Of a DNA stretch of 64,000 nucleotides, positions 1 to 11,675 are shown piece by piece. The stretch lies in contig NW_024704743.1 of assembly GCF_018977255.1 (NCBI RefSeq), forward strand, positions 42,658,001-42,722,000, read 5' to 3'. Origin of the DNA: Callorhinchus milii. Taxonomy: Eukaryota. The notes beneath the pieces are model-generated. The model saw only the letters and a program-made list of their open reading frames with translations. It ran no database searches and was not told the origin of the DNA. Positions within the stretch are counted from its first letter, which is position 1. Each line of letters begins with the position of its first letter. A program made the position numbers and the translations under genes.

Positions 1-295
1 CAATGGGTTAGAAACCAGGCTGAAATTTGACCCTTTCTCCCCGCTCAGGGTCAGACTCCATTCACTCCGAGACACTATCCCGCATGAAGGGCACTTAATA
101 GACACAAGTTGTTGTTGCACTTCTTAATGCATTTCTTATGATAATTATCGCAAAGTACGTGTTTTGAAACACCACAGTTTTCAGCCATTGACTCAAATTG
201 GCTTCCTAAGGTAGAAATGTTAACAAAAGGCTTTGTCTATGTCTAAGACTTAAAGAAATGAATCTTTTCAACATTACGTTTACTATAATGTCTGT

Positions 296-720
296 CACTG
301 TCAACATGGCTCAATGATAGCGCTCTTGCCTCTGAGTCACAAGCTTCACATCGGGATTTGAACTCATATTGTCTAAGGTGACACTCCAATGCAGCGCTGG
401 GGATGGCTGCGTTGCATTGTTAGAGGTACTGTCCTTCGAATGAGACATAAAACCAAGGTCCCATCTACCTGTTCATGAGGATGTTAAAGATGCCATGGTA
501 TTATTCGAAAAAGAGAAGGGAGTTTCTTCTGGCATCCTGACCAACATTCATCCAGATAAAATTGTTCATTCACTTCATAGTTCTTTGTGGGATATTACTG
601 TGTACAAATTTGCTGTCGCAAAATACACAGTCACTCCATTTCGTAGTAAATCCTGTCAAGTGCTTGGGACATCCTAAAGATGTTAAAGTCACTATATAAA
701 ATGCAAGGATTATGATTATT
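296..720 (+). mobile_element. SacSINE1/DeuSINE-like tRNA-derived SINE
   Basis: tRNA-like head (ggctcaatgatagcgctcttgcctctgagtca), Deu-like core (gatgttaaagatgccatggtattattcgaa), L2-type tail ending gcaaggattatgatt. Confidence 0.75.
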
Positions 721-2560
721 AGAAACTGAAGTTATTTTTCACTAGTTTAAAATGCAATGATCAGTGATATGATAAGATGTGATATGATATCCACTATTTC
801 ATATGATGAGTTATTATAGCCACTTGAGGACTTCCTTTATCTTTGATTTATTTTAAATAAACATGGACTAAAATTAAACCTGTGAAAATTCTACCCTTGG
901 GATTTCTAGCTTTCAGCTTCTTTCAGATTCCATTCTGAGCGAGACCGAAATGTTACCCATCAGATGTCTTTCAGACTTTGCTGTCTTGGGATTTGCCATT
1001 TGCAAATCTTGCCTTAAATTTCGCAATCTGGTATTCACAAACCAGATGTCACAATTCATGTAACAAACCCAGTATGCAAAAGTTTAATTTTAGTCCCCAA
1101 TGTGAGGAGCCTCCTGTTGGTGGAGTTCAGAATTCCTACTCCAGTGTCATCCCCGGGAACAACCAGCAACTATCCATGCAAATTGGTGCACATTAATTCA
1201 CAAAAGTGTTAGAAAGTTGAGAACTGACTCGATAACAACCTAAGAGAACAGTTGCCCTTGGGAGTGTGGAAAATGCAAAACAGGTTATTTTACCATAAAT
1301 CAATATTTTAAATCACCAGCAAAGTCATAACCACGTGATACAATCATCTCTGAATCTGAAGAACAGCACCACACCCACTGTGAACAATGCTCTAACTACC
1401 TGATTATAAAGTAAGATTTCAGAGAAATGCTGGTTCTTTGTATAACTTGCTTATCCCATGCGTGCTGTGTGTGACTAATCTTAGTTGTACCTGAATTACA
1501 CAAGAAAAAAATGACCAGACTAAACTCAATGATCTTTATGGCACTGGCAGTCTATCTAAACTTTCATAGATTTCTTGTTATAATATGTCCAACTTCTGAA
1601 CTTATTTACACCTCACTGTTTGAATTGTTTATTTTGTTTCACAATCGCACAACACCATCAAGCTCCTCCAGAAATGAAAGGACAGCGTTCCTCAGATTCT
1701 GAGATTCCTCAGAGACAGCGCTGGTCAAATTGACAAATGACATTCTGTCCACTCTGAAATAGATTCGGTCCATTCTGTTGAGTGCCAGGATAAGGTAAGA
1801 GAAACAAGCAAGGAGACCTGACCATGATTAAAGGGATAATGGGATAAACTCTGCCAGAATAGGCAAGCCATAGTAATAGGGCACAAAATAGTGAAGTACT
1901 GTATTTGGAAAATGAATTTTGTAAAGATACTTTGAACATGGCTGTACACTGTTTCCCAGAGACAAAGATGAGGGATATAAAAGTAAGGATGAGATAATGA
2001 GGGGAAAAACATCGCAAAGCGGATTATCTGTGGAAGGAGTCTGCATTTATTAATATAGTACATATTGTTCTCTGACTAAGTGTATCAGAGAGCCTATGAT
2101 GGACAGATCATTTCTTCTTGACTTGGTTCTCAGACACAATTCAGGGGATAGAAGTAATTGATTCACTAGGTCAAATTGACCACAGCTCAAAAACATTCTG
2201 TTTCACTTGGAAATGGCACGAACATACAACCAAACACTAGAATGCAACTTTAGATAAGCTAATGTCAAGGGAATGAGGGCTTAAAACCCACTATGTGGTG
2301 TTTCTGCTGATAGCTCCTTTGCTTGAAGTTGTTTACGAATAATTTGAGACAAATCAATCTTTACAAAATAGCGCATTTTGTAATTAACAACAACAAGATT
2401 ACATTTGTATAGCGCCTTTCACGTCAGGAGGACGTCTCAAGGCGCTGGAAGGACGAAGGAAGAACAACCTGGTGGTGTAATGGGTAGAGATGCAGCTAAT
2501 GGACCAGGAGCTCGCTGATTGAATCTGGTACAGTATACCATGAAGCAGCACTGAAATACC

Positions 2561-2840
2561 TGTGTGTGAGTTTGTGAAAGTGTGTGTGAGTGTGTGGGAG
2601 TGTGTGTGTGTGAGTTTGTGAGAGTGTGTGTGTGTGGGAGTCTGTGAGTGTGTGTGTGAGCATGTGTGAGCATGTGTGTGTGAATCTGTGAGTTTGTGTA
2701 TGTGAGTTTGTGAGAGTGTGTGTATAAAAGAGTATGTGTGATTGTGCGTGTGTATGAGTCTGTGAGTGTGTGTGTGAGTATGTGTTTGACTGTGCGTGTG
2801 TGAGTCTGTGAGTGTGTGTGTATGTGTGTGTGAGAGTGAG
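2561..2840. repeat. Degenerate (GT/GA)n microsatellite
   Basis: Direct reading; it explains the His/Thr-rich ORFs at 2399-2935. Confidence 0.95.
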
Positions 2841-3399
2841 TTTCTGAATGCATTGTGATGATTCATTCGCCAACACATCAAATCATCAAGAAACATGACA
2901 GTTTTCACCCTAGGGGAACAAAGAAGAAACTCCAAATTTCATGCAAACTCTCCAATGCAGAGACATTATCCCTTTAAAGATTAAAATCGCTTACAGCAGA
3001 GATACCTGTTATCTTATTTCACACTGAAATATTTATCAAAAATAACGTCATTCAGCTTCTGAGTGTCAGAATGTCAGATGAGCTGTCGTACAGTGTGGAA
3101 ACATTCAAAATGCTGATTTTTCTTTAGAGCAAAGAGGTGAATTCAATGGCAAATTTATGACAACAACAAATGTGCATACATTGTCATTCTGGCTGCCTTA
3201 TCTTTATGTGGGATTATTCCTTGCACAGTTCCTTTAATAAAAATTTACACTCAAAAAAATTGCCTAACATTTCAACTTGTAACATTTATTGATGTTCATC
3301 CCTTGATCCAACTTACACTTTTTTAATGGCTTTAGAGGAGCCATTTTCCTGTAAGTTTCCTTACAATGCTGTTTATACAATGCCGGTTAGACTAAAATC

Positions 3400-4138
3400 T
3401 CACGGTTCTCACCTCCTCCACCTACCCGACCTCCCCCTAAAACTCTCCGAACCCGTACGCAACCTAGGCGTCAGGTTCGACCCCCAATTATCCTTCCTCC
3501 CCCACATCTGGTCCCTCACCAGCACCGCCTTCTTCCATCTCCGACACATCACCCATCTCCGCAAATGCCTCTCTCCGAAAGCCACTGAAACCCTGATCCA
3601 TGCCTTTGTCACATCTCGGCTGGACTATTCAAATGCCATCCTCGCCGGCCTCCCCTTCACTACCATCCACAAAATCCAGATTATTCAAAACTCCGCTTCC
3701 CGATCATCCCAGTCCTTACCAGACTGCACTGGCTGCTTGTCCCCAGAGAGGATCAACTTCAAGATCCTCACCCTTGTCTTCAAATCCCTCCACTCCTCTG
3801 CACCCCCCTACCTCTCTGACCTCCTCTCTCCTCAAAACAGTGCCCGTTGCCTTCGTTCCTCTGGGTCTGGCCTCCTCTTCGTTCCCCAAGTCCTCCGCTC
3901 CACCCTCAGCAGCCGTGCCTTCAGCTACTATGCCCTGAGGCTCTGGAACTCCCTTCCTCGCTCCCTCTCTTAATACTTTCAGGTCTCTGTTGAAGACCTT
4001 TCTTTTCGACTGCGCCTTTGGTCACCTTTCTCCCCCTCCCCCTGGCTCAGCCCCGGGATCCATTACTGTGAAGCGCTCTGAGATGCCGTCCGGCGTGGAG
4101 GGCGCCATATAAATCCAAGTTGTTGTTGTTGTTGTTGT
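3400..4138 (+). mobile_element. L2-clade LINE 3' fragment (RT C-terminus, 3'UTR, (TTG)n tail)
   Basis: ORF 3326..3973 has VRNLGVRFD, HAFVTSRLDYSNAIL, FKILTLVFKSLH, LWNSLP. Confidence 0.9.
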
Positions 4139-4139
4139 A

Positions 4140-4680
4140 GGCCTCAGCTAGAGTACTGTGTTCAGTTCTGGGTACTAAACATTTAGGAAGGATGTCAAGG
4201 CTTTGGAGAGGATGCAAAAGAGATTTACCAGGAAGGTACCAGGAATGTGGGACTTCGGTTATCAGGAGAGGCCAGAGAAGCTAAGATTATTCTCCTTGGA
4301 GCAGGGAAGTTTAAGGGGAGACTTAATAGAAATTTTCAAAATTATGAGGGAATTCGTTAGGGGGAACAGGGAGAAACTATTTTCACTGGCGAGTGAGTTG
4401 GTAAGCCAAGGACACCGATTTAAAATAGTTGTTAAAAGAAACAGTGGGGAGGTGAAGAGAATTTTTTTTAACACAGCGAGTTGTTCGGATCTGGAATGCA
4501 TTGCCTGAAAGGGTGTTGGAAACCGATTCAATGACAACTTTTAAGAGAGAAGTAGATAATTATTTGGGGAGGACTAGTTTGTAGGGCTATGGGGAGAGAG
4601 CGGGGGAATGTGATTGATTTGGAAAGCTCTTTTCAAAGAGCTGGCACAGACACGATGGGCTGAATTCTATAATTCTATGT
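4140..4680 (+). mobile_element. CR1 LINE 3' fragment
   Basis: [35 protein letters not shown]; (ATTCTAT)-type tail. Confidence 0.88.
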
Positions 4681-7600
4681 CACTATTCAAAAAAGAAAGG
4701 AGTTTCTCCAGGTGTCTTGTATGAACCCAAATAAAATCTTTCATTCATTTCATGGCTGTTTTGGGGTCTTTGCTGTGTGCAAATTGGCTGCTACATTTAC
4801 CTACAAAAACATACTCACTAAACTTTGCAGTATATCTGTGATGGATTTTTGAATCCTCCCAACGTGAAAAGATGCTGTACTAAATGTAAGGATTATTATT
4901 ATTATCCTCTGTATAAAAACTTTCTGGCATTAGTCTAAAACTTGCCCCATTCATCCATTATTAATACAATACTGTGGAAGTTACTGTATGTTGCATTTAT
5001 TGGAAGTGATCACATTAAATTGATTGTTAAATGTCACAAATTTACCCTATAATTTGGTTGCTTTAATATTCTGCAAGAGATTGACTGAATAAACCAGAAA
5101 AACAAAGCATTTTGAAATGCGTCAACCTGCTGAGTTTAAGTAAATTGTGATTTTGAATTTCAAGTTGATGGTACTAGAAAATCAATCAGTTTATTGAAAT
5201 GTGTTGTAATATCACAATATCACATTAAATTGTTATCTGTACTTACCATAAGTCAAGGTATTAATTTTGTCTGAGAAACACAAGCAGGTATCATGTACTT
5301 TCAACAAGATGCTTTCTAATTATACTTGTTCTCCAACAGAGACTGCTCAAAAAGCAATCTGTGTATTTGAGCATATCCTGAGCACAATCAATGCTTGCGA
5401 CATTCTCACGGTGTGTGCTGTGGAAATTGGAAGCCTTCACTATACCACTAATAATAATAATAATCCTTGCATTTGATAGCGCCTTACCACCTCTTCGAGA
5501 CATCTCAAAGTACTTCACAGAATATATTGTAAAGTAAATTGACTGTATATCTCACTGAGTTGTGTTTACAATGTCCTTTAAGGGGAAAGTAGTTCAGTTC
5601 TCCCCAGCAATTAAGGGGAAATTGTATACCGAAAATCGATCAATAAACCCAATTTCACTAGGTTTTTAGAATTGAAATTTCCGCAATGTTATAAAAATTT
5701 CTTCTACATATTTCTACTAGATATTGCTTAATACAATATCTTCATGATTTGGGGATTACATGTTCACCCATGATATATAGTGTCACTCAGTTGGCAGTAA
5801 ATCCTATTCATCGCATTGAGACATCCTCCTGACGTGAAAGTTGCTATATCTAACTGAAGGATTATTAATACTGGGACTCGCTTCGTCGTCTTCACCTCGT
5901 GTCCTTCGGGTGGCGTCACTAAGAGGAAGGAGTCAAGTACAACCAGTCATTAATTACACCAAGGCCATGTAAGAACTGGCGAAGGATACCAAGAAGAGTG
6001 ACTACGACCATGATGCTGGAGTCATTTACGAAACACTTTGATGCTTTGATGAGATGACAGTAGAGTAGGTATCCTACAAGCATAAAGTCAAATAATGATA
6101 ATAATTCTTATTTTTGATACAGTATCTTTCATGTGGGGAGGATGTCGCAATGAGCCTCACAGAGTGCAGTGACTGTGTATGTTGTAGCCAAAAGGCTAAA
6201 GAACCAGGCCATCGAACCTCACTGATCTTGTCTTTTTTTTACAACTACAGTAACCAGAACTAGACACAATAATGTCCACAGAGAGATAGATAGAACCATA
6301 TGAACAAGGATAATGGAATTGCTTTAGGCAGTCCACCCAACACCAATGACCCGTGACCCGGACAAAGGAGCAAGTGAGAACACTAATGAGGCAGGGACGC
6401 CCTACTGTAGGCTACCCACCAACACATCTGTATGGACCTTGATGGCTGAGGTCTGCTCTGCCTTATAAACACAAGAAATAAAATTCAGCCAGCTCACTCA
6501 GGCCACCTGTTTCCTTGGTAACCAAAGAAAAAGACAAGCTGCTAATAGTTCTTACACTGTCATTGATATAAAGTAATATTTCTAAGACATGATTGTCAGT
6601 TTATCCAACTGAGTTTTGCCCATAAAATGCAGTCAATCCACTTTACAGGTTATCCCGTGAAGCGCTTTGAGACGTATAATGATGTGATAAAGTGCTATAT
6701 CAATTGCAAGTATTAATATTATTATAATTATTATCTCAATTAGTTTGGAACATTGTGCTGAATACAACTATTGTATTTGAAATACATTACACGTAACACT
6801 TATATCATTGTCATAAAGACCTAATTCGCAGAGATTTCTAACAGATTAACTGAATGTGAGTCATGAATGGGGATGACAGCTGGTACCCAGAGATTCATCC
6901 TGCCAACTCACGAGAACCCCATTCTGACAGACAAGGGAGCAGAATGTGGTGTTCTCGACTCAAGTGACACACTTCTAGTTATGGCCAGCTATCCCTATTT
7001 GCGGCTCAAAGTCAATATTAACAGCTCCTGTGCAAAATCTCGGTGTCTTGTTTAACCCCCAGCTATACTTCAAACCTTACATCCGGATTTTCAGTAGCTC
7101 TGCTTTCCACTATCTCTACAACATTGTCGGCTTCCATTACTCCCTCTTCCCCCCGTTCCCCCTCCAGATACATAGAGGTCCTGTAGTGTAGTGGTAAGCG
7201 CTTTTCTTCCAAGGTGCATGGACACTCAGCCAGTTATGAATACACTGTATGATTACTTTAAAGCACTCATACGAGGTGATACCTCGTATGCACCTTCATA
7301 CGAGGTGATACCTCGTATGAAGGGTGCTATATAGATGCAAATTGTTGTTAAAACGTGTACAGTAAATTTTGAACTAAAATGCTTTTAGTTCAGAAGGACT
7401 ATCCACCACCAAATAGCTAGATAGCAGAACCTTTCCAATTTGCTGGATTAACCTGAGTTGAAGAAGGTATTGGTTACTGAAGGCTCGATGGCTCCTTCTG
7501 CACAGTAGATTTCTACGCTTTTGTGTTTCTAATCTAGATAAGTACAGCCCAGTGGGGTGTAAAAAAAGGCAGTGATTTCTAACATGATTCCTTAATAAGG

Positions 7601-9272
7601 AAACTAAAAAATCAATTATTTCAGTAACTATATCATGTTTACCCACAGGAACTATGCTGTGAAAGTAGATTGTGCTGGAATGCAGAGTCCACAAGTTGGA
7701 GAGCTGTAATTCTGGTTACCTTATTAAGGATCCCATTAGAAATCTCTGTATACTAGACCTAATTTTTGAAAAGACAAGATTTTTTACACATTGCACAGTT
7801 AGAAGTTATGAAATCCAAGTCCGCAGTTTGCAGTAGCAATGCTAGTTAAAGGGTATATTTGGGCACAGTTCTGCTGGTAAGACTTCTTTTGTATATAATA
7901 CGCTTCCGTATATACTTGGAAAAGATAAACACCGCCAGGTGAGGCAAAATTTATATATACCTTCAAGAGGAAATACATATCAAATATTAAATATATCTAA
8001 TATTGAATATTAGATATCTAATATCAAATTGCCAAGCGATATGAAATTGTCCAGTACTCTGGGATGCTACCCTGTGTGAGGGGCACTATATAAATACAAG
8101 TTGTTGTTATTGCAAATAGGCAAAATTTGCAATGGTATAGAAGACAGCTAATTGGGACTGAATGGATTGCGCTTTCAAAGAGCCAGCACAGACACAATAG
8201 GCCAAATGGCCGTTTTCCTGGCTGTAAATTTTGATGGTTCTCTTGTTCTAAAAGCTCTTTAACTGTTGATGCTGTAATTAAATCTTATCCACTGGGGACT
8301 TGCTGACTATACAGATAGTTTCCAAAGAAGATCAGAAACATCAATCATTGTTGTTTCTCTGATACCGATATAGAACAGTCAGCAAATGAATAAATGTCAG
8401 ATTATATCACGATAGATTGTGCAGCAAGTTTCCTCCACCCATTACTTGAGGTGTAAAGAATCTGCCAGCCAATATGTGTGCTGTTTATAATTCAGTGAGA
8501 GTTTAAAGGCAGTTACATCATATATGAAGTCTACAAATCATTTTCTGGGTCATCGCTGTGAATAAGCATGTTACAACAACAATAATTTACATTTCATGTT
8601 GGGAGGATCCTTCAACATATTTTACACAGACAACTGAGACATGCAGCTGGGTGAGGGTGGGGGGGAGTTGGCGGGTTTCACGTGGGAGATAAGGGAAGAG
8701 AGGGACAAGGGGAGGCAGAATCAAAGTTGTATAAGGAGAGGCTAGTGGAGTCCAGGGCAAAGATGCTGCCGGAGCTGAATAAAAATACTTGCATTTGGAC
8801 CTGAAGAAGTCTATCACCTCCTCGCATTTGGAGTTGAGGATGGAGGAAGCATAGGAGGATTGGGAGAAGAGGTGCTTGATGACGGAGAAGATGAGCTAGA
8901 GTTTTCTTTGGTCTGTTGAGGTAAACACACAATGGTAGACTTTGGTGTGGTCCACACAGATCTAGCAATCGATTGTGAGGCCAGATATTAGCCATGTGTA
9001 TCCAACACCATGAACGTACAAAGCAGAGTGGCTGCTGAACCAGGCAGACTTGTGGGGGTAAGAAGTGGTTTGGGATGTGAGAAACGTGAAGGATTTGAGG
9101 ATGCCAATGAGGGAGTTGCGCAGCAGGGGTCAGAGGAGGTAAGCTTGAGTCAGGTGGAAGGTCAGAGAGGCAGGGCTTTGGAGGACTTGAGGGTAGTTGT
9201 GAGGGATTGGGGCAATTGCCATTGGCTTCCAGAATACCCACTCTACCATACCATCTTCTCATCACAGCATCA

Positions 9273-10609
9273 TGTCAGATGATGTTAGATCTCACCACCT
9301 CCTCCGTCCACCCTCTCACACCTTGCCGAATCAAGACCGAGGCTCAGCTGATTGGCTCACGCCAGCGCCTCCATACCTCAGGTACTGGCAGCATTAGCAT
9401 CCAAGGATGCACACTCCACCTCACCAAGCCAGTCAGGAGCTTGAGTATCTTGTTCAAACCTCAACTGTTCTTTCTGCCCTACATCCGTGTCATGACCCGC
9501 TCTGCCTTCCTCACCTCCACAACATTGCCCGACTCCGCCACTACCTTACCCCTCAGGCCGCCAAAACCCTCTACATGCCTTCATTACAACCAGGCTCAAC
9601 TATGCCAATGCCCTGCTTGTCGGCCTTCCCAGCTCTTTCCTCCACAAGCTGCAGATCATCCAGAACTCTGCAGATCATGCCCTTTCCAACCTGCTAACCC
9701 CTTACCAACCTGTTCAATCAACAACAACAATAAAATTACATTTATACAGTCAGGTGTTGGGGCCCGAACATGGGGGAGTAATGGTGTAGGGGTGAGGGAA
9801 GGCAGAGAGGTGGGAAGGTGACCAAAGGCACGATCGAAGAGAAGGGTCTTCAGACCGGCCTTGAAGGAGGCAAGGGAGGAAGCGAGGTGAACGGACCATG
9901 GGATGGAGTTCCAGAGTGTGGGGGCAGAGAGGCTGAAAGCCCAGCCACCGATGGTAGGGTGGCTCGGGCGGGAGACGTGGAGCAGACCACAGCCCGCTGA
10001 ACGGAGGGTGTGGGCAGGTTGGTAGGGAGTCAGCAGGTCAGAGAGGTAGGAGGGGGTAAGGCCATGGATGGTCTTAAAGGTGAGGACAAGGATCTTGAAT
10101 TTGATTCTCTGGGGTATGGGGCGCCAGTGGAGTCGGGCAAGGGTTGGAGTGATGGGGTCACGGAGCCTAGTGCATGAGAGTACATGAGCTGCAGTGTTTT
10201 GGATGATCTGCAGCTTGTGAAGGGAAGAGTTGGGAAGGCCGATGAGGAGGGAATTCCCGTAGTTAAGCTTTGACGTGACATCACTCAGCAGGCTCCGGCC
10301 TGCTTCATGTCCTCCTCCTTGCCCACCCCACCATCAGCAGTCGGGCCTTCAGCCTCTCTGTCCCCAACCTCTGGAACTCCATCCCACATTCCCTTTGCCT
10401 CGCTCCCTCCCTTGCCTCCTTCAAGGCACGCCTCAAGGTCCTCCTCTTCATTCGTGCCTTTGGCCACCCTCCTACCTTTTCTGCCCTCCATCCTCCTGAT
10501 CCCAACCCCTCCCCTCCACCCGCTCGGGTCCTAAACACTGACTGTTTAGTGCCTTGGGATGTCCTCTCAATGTGAAAAGTGCTCTACGAATGTAATTTTG
10601 TATTATATT
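9273..10609 (+). mobile_element. L2 fragment (+) interrupted by a second L2 3' end (-, 9720-10277), inserted in a CR1 3'UTR
   Basis: L2 motifs ([15 protein letters not shown]) on both strands; flanking GCATCA duplication at 9267-9272 and 10610-10615. Confidence 0.75.
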
Positions 10610-11311
10610 GCATCAAGCTGCTTTTTTAAATGAGTCTAGTATCCATACTTGTCTCATCGAACCTTCCTGGACTATCATTCAATGATAATTTTAAAAAATG
10701 GTTTAAATAAATGCGCTTCTCTAGAATTGGTTACCACTACATATGGATCAGAACACACTAAAACATTGAATAAAGATTGTTTTAAATGAAACAGATCCTT
10801 TTTTTTACTTCTGTTGTACCGCAGTGATGATATTTCAAAGGATGTCATTTTTTGGGGACCTAATTATTGTTCATCTCCACCATTTGATAAAACTGTGGTG
10901 GGGAAACAACAGTGCATGCTTGAGAGAATAATGATTGCTTGGTATTGTGAGTGAAAGGAATAATCTAATTGAAAAGTTCAGATAGCATCATAAACTGCAA
11001 GAAAAAAATATGAGAGGTCTATAATTGATTACTGAAATTTAAGATTAGATTATAGCTTTGAAATTATGATCTGCTACCTCTCACATTTATGATGTACAAC
11101 TGAATTTTTTCTATGGCTTTTATTCAGTTTGGAGTAAGTGGTTCCCAGTCTACTTCATCTGCATTAAGTGTTATGACACTTCCATTGTGATTAATGCCTG
11201 TAAAGGGATCGGTGAAAGTTTAAAAGGACATTATATTACAGTTCAGAGGAAGAAAGCCCTTCAACCCATCTGATCTCATCCTTCCAGAATACCCACTGTA
11301 TCATACCATCT

Positions 11312-11675
11312 TGAAGTTCTGTAGCTTAGTGTTTAGAGCACTCGCCTCACCTGGGTTCGATTCCCAGGCAGGACAAAATTGTTGGGTAAGTTTCCTGACT
11401 CCACATGCCTCTGCTTAACTAGCAGTAAATAGGAACCCGGTTGTTAGTCAATTGGCGAATCGCTTTTCTGGGGGTAATAATCCCTTAAAATAAAAATTGG
11501 TCACACAATCCATGATTATTTGTGGGACACTGCCGTGGTAATTGGTTGCTGTGTTTCGCCCACAAAATATACAGTTAATTCATTTTACAGTATATTCTGT
11601 GAAGCGCTTTGAGACATCTCGAAAACATGATCAGGTGCTGTATCAAATGCAAGGAGTATTATTACTATCATCATT
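11312..11675 (+). mobile_element. tRNA-derived SINE inserted in a CR1 3' fragment (-)
   Basis: A/B boxes (tagcttagtg; ggttcgattccc), shared body and (ATT)n tail; ATCTT repeated on both sides. Confidence 0.8.

Noticed and set aside
2399..2935. His/Thr-rich ORFs of 126-178 aa
   Set aside because: Translation of the (CA)n microsatellite, open in three frames for compositional reasons.
3326..3973. 215-aa ORF, the longest in the window, as a host gene
   Set aside because: It is an L2 reverse-transcriptase C-terminal fragment with an internal deletion, followed by the L2 3'UTR and tail.
7267..7319. CRISPR-like palindromic direct repeats
   Set aside because: Only two units separated by 5 nt, no spacers, no cas genes, and a vertebrate context.
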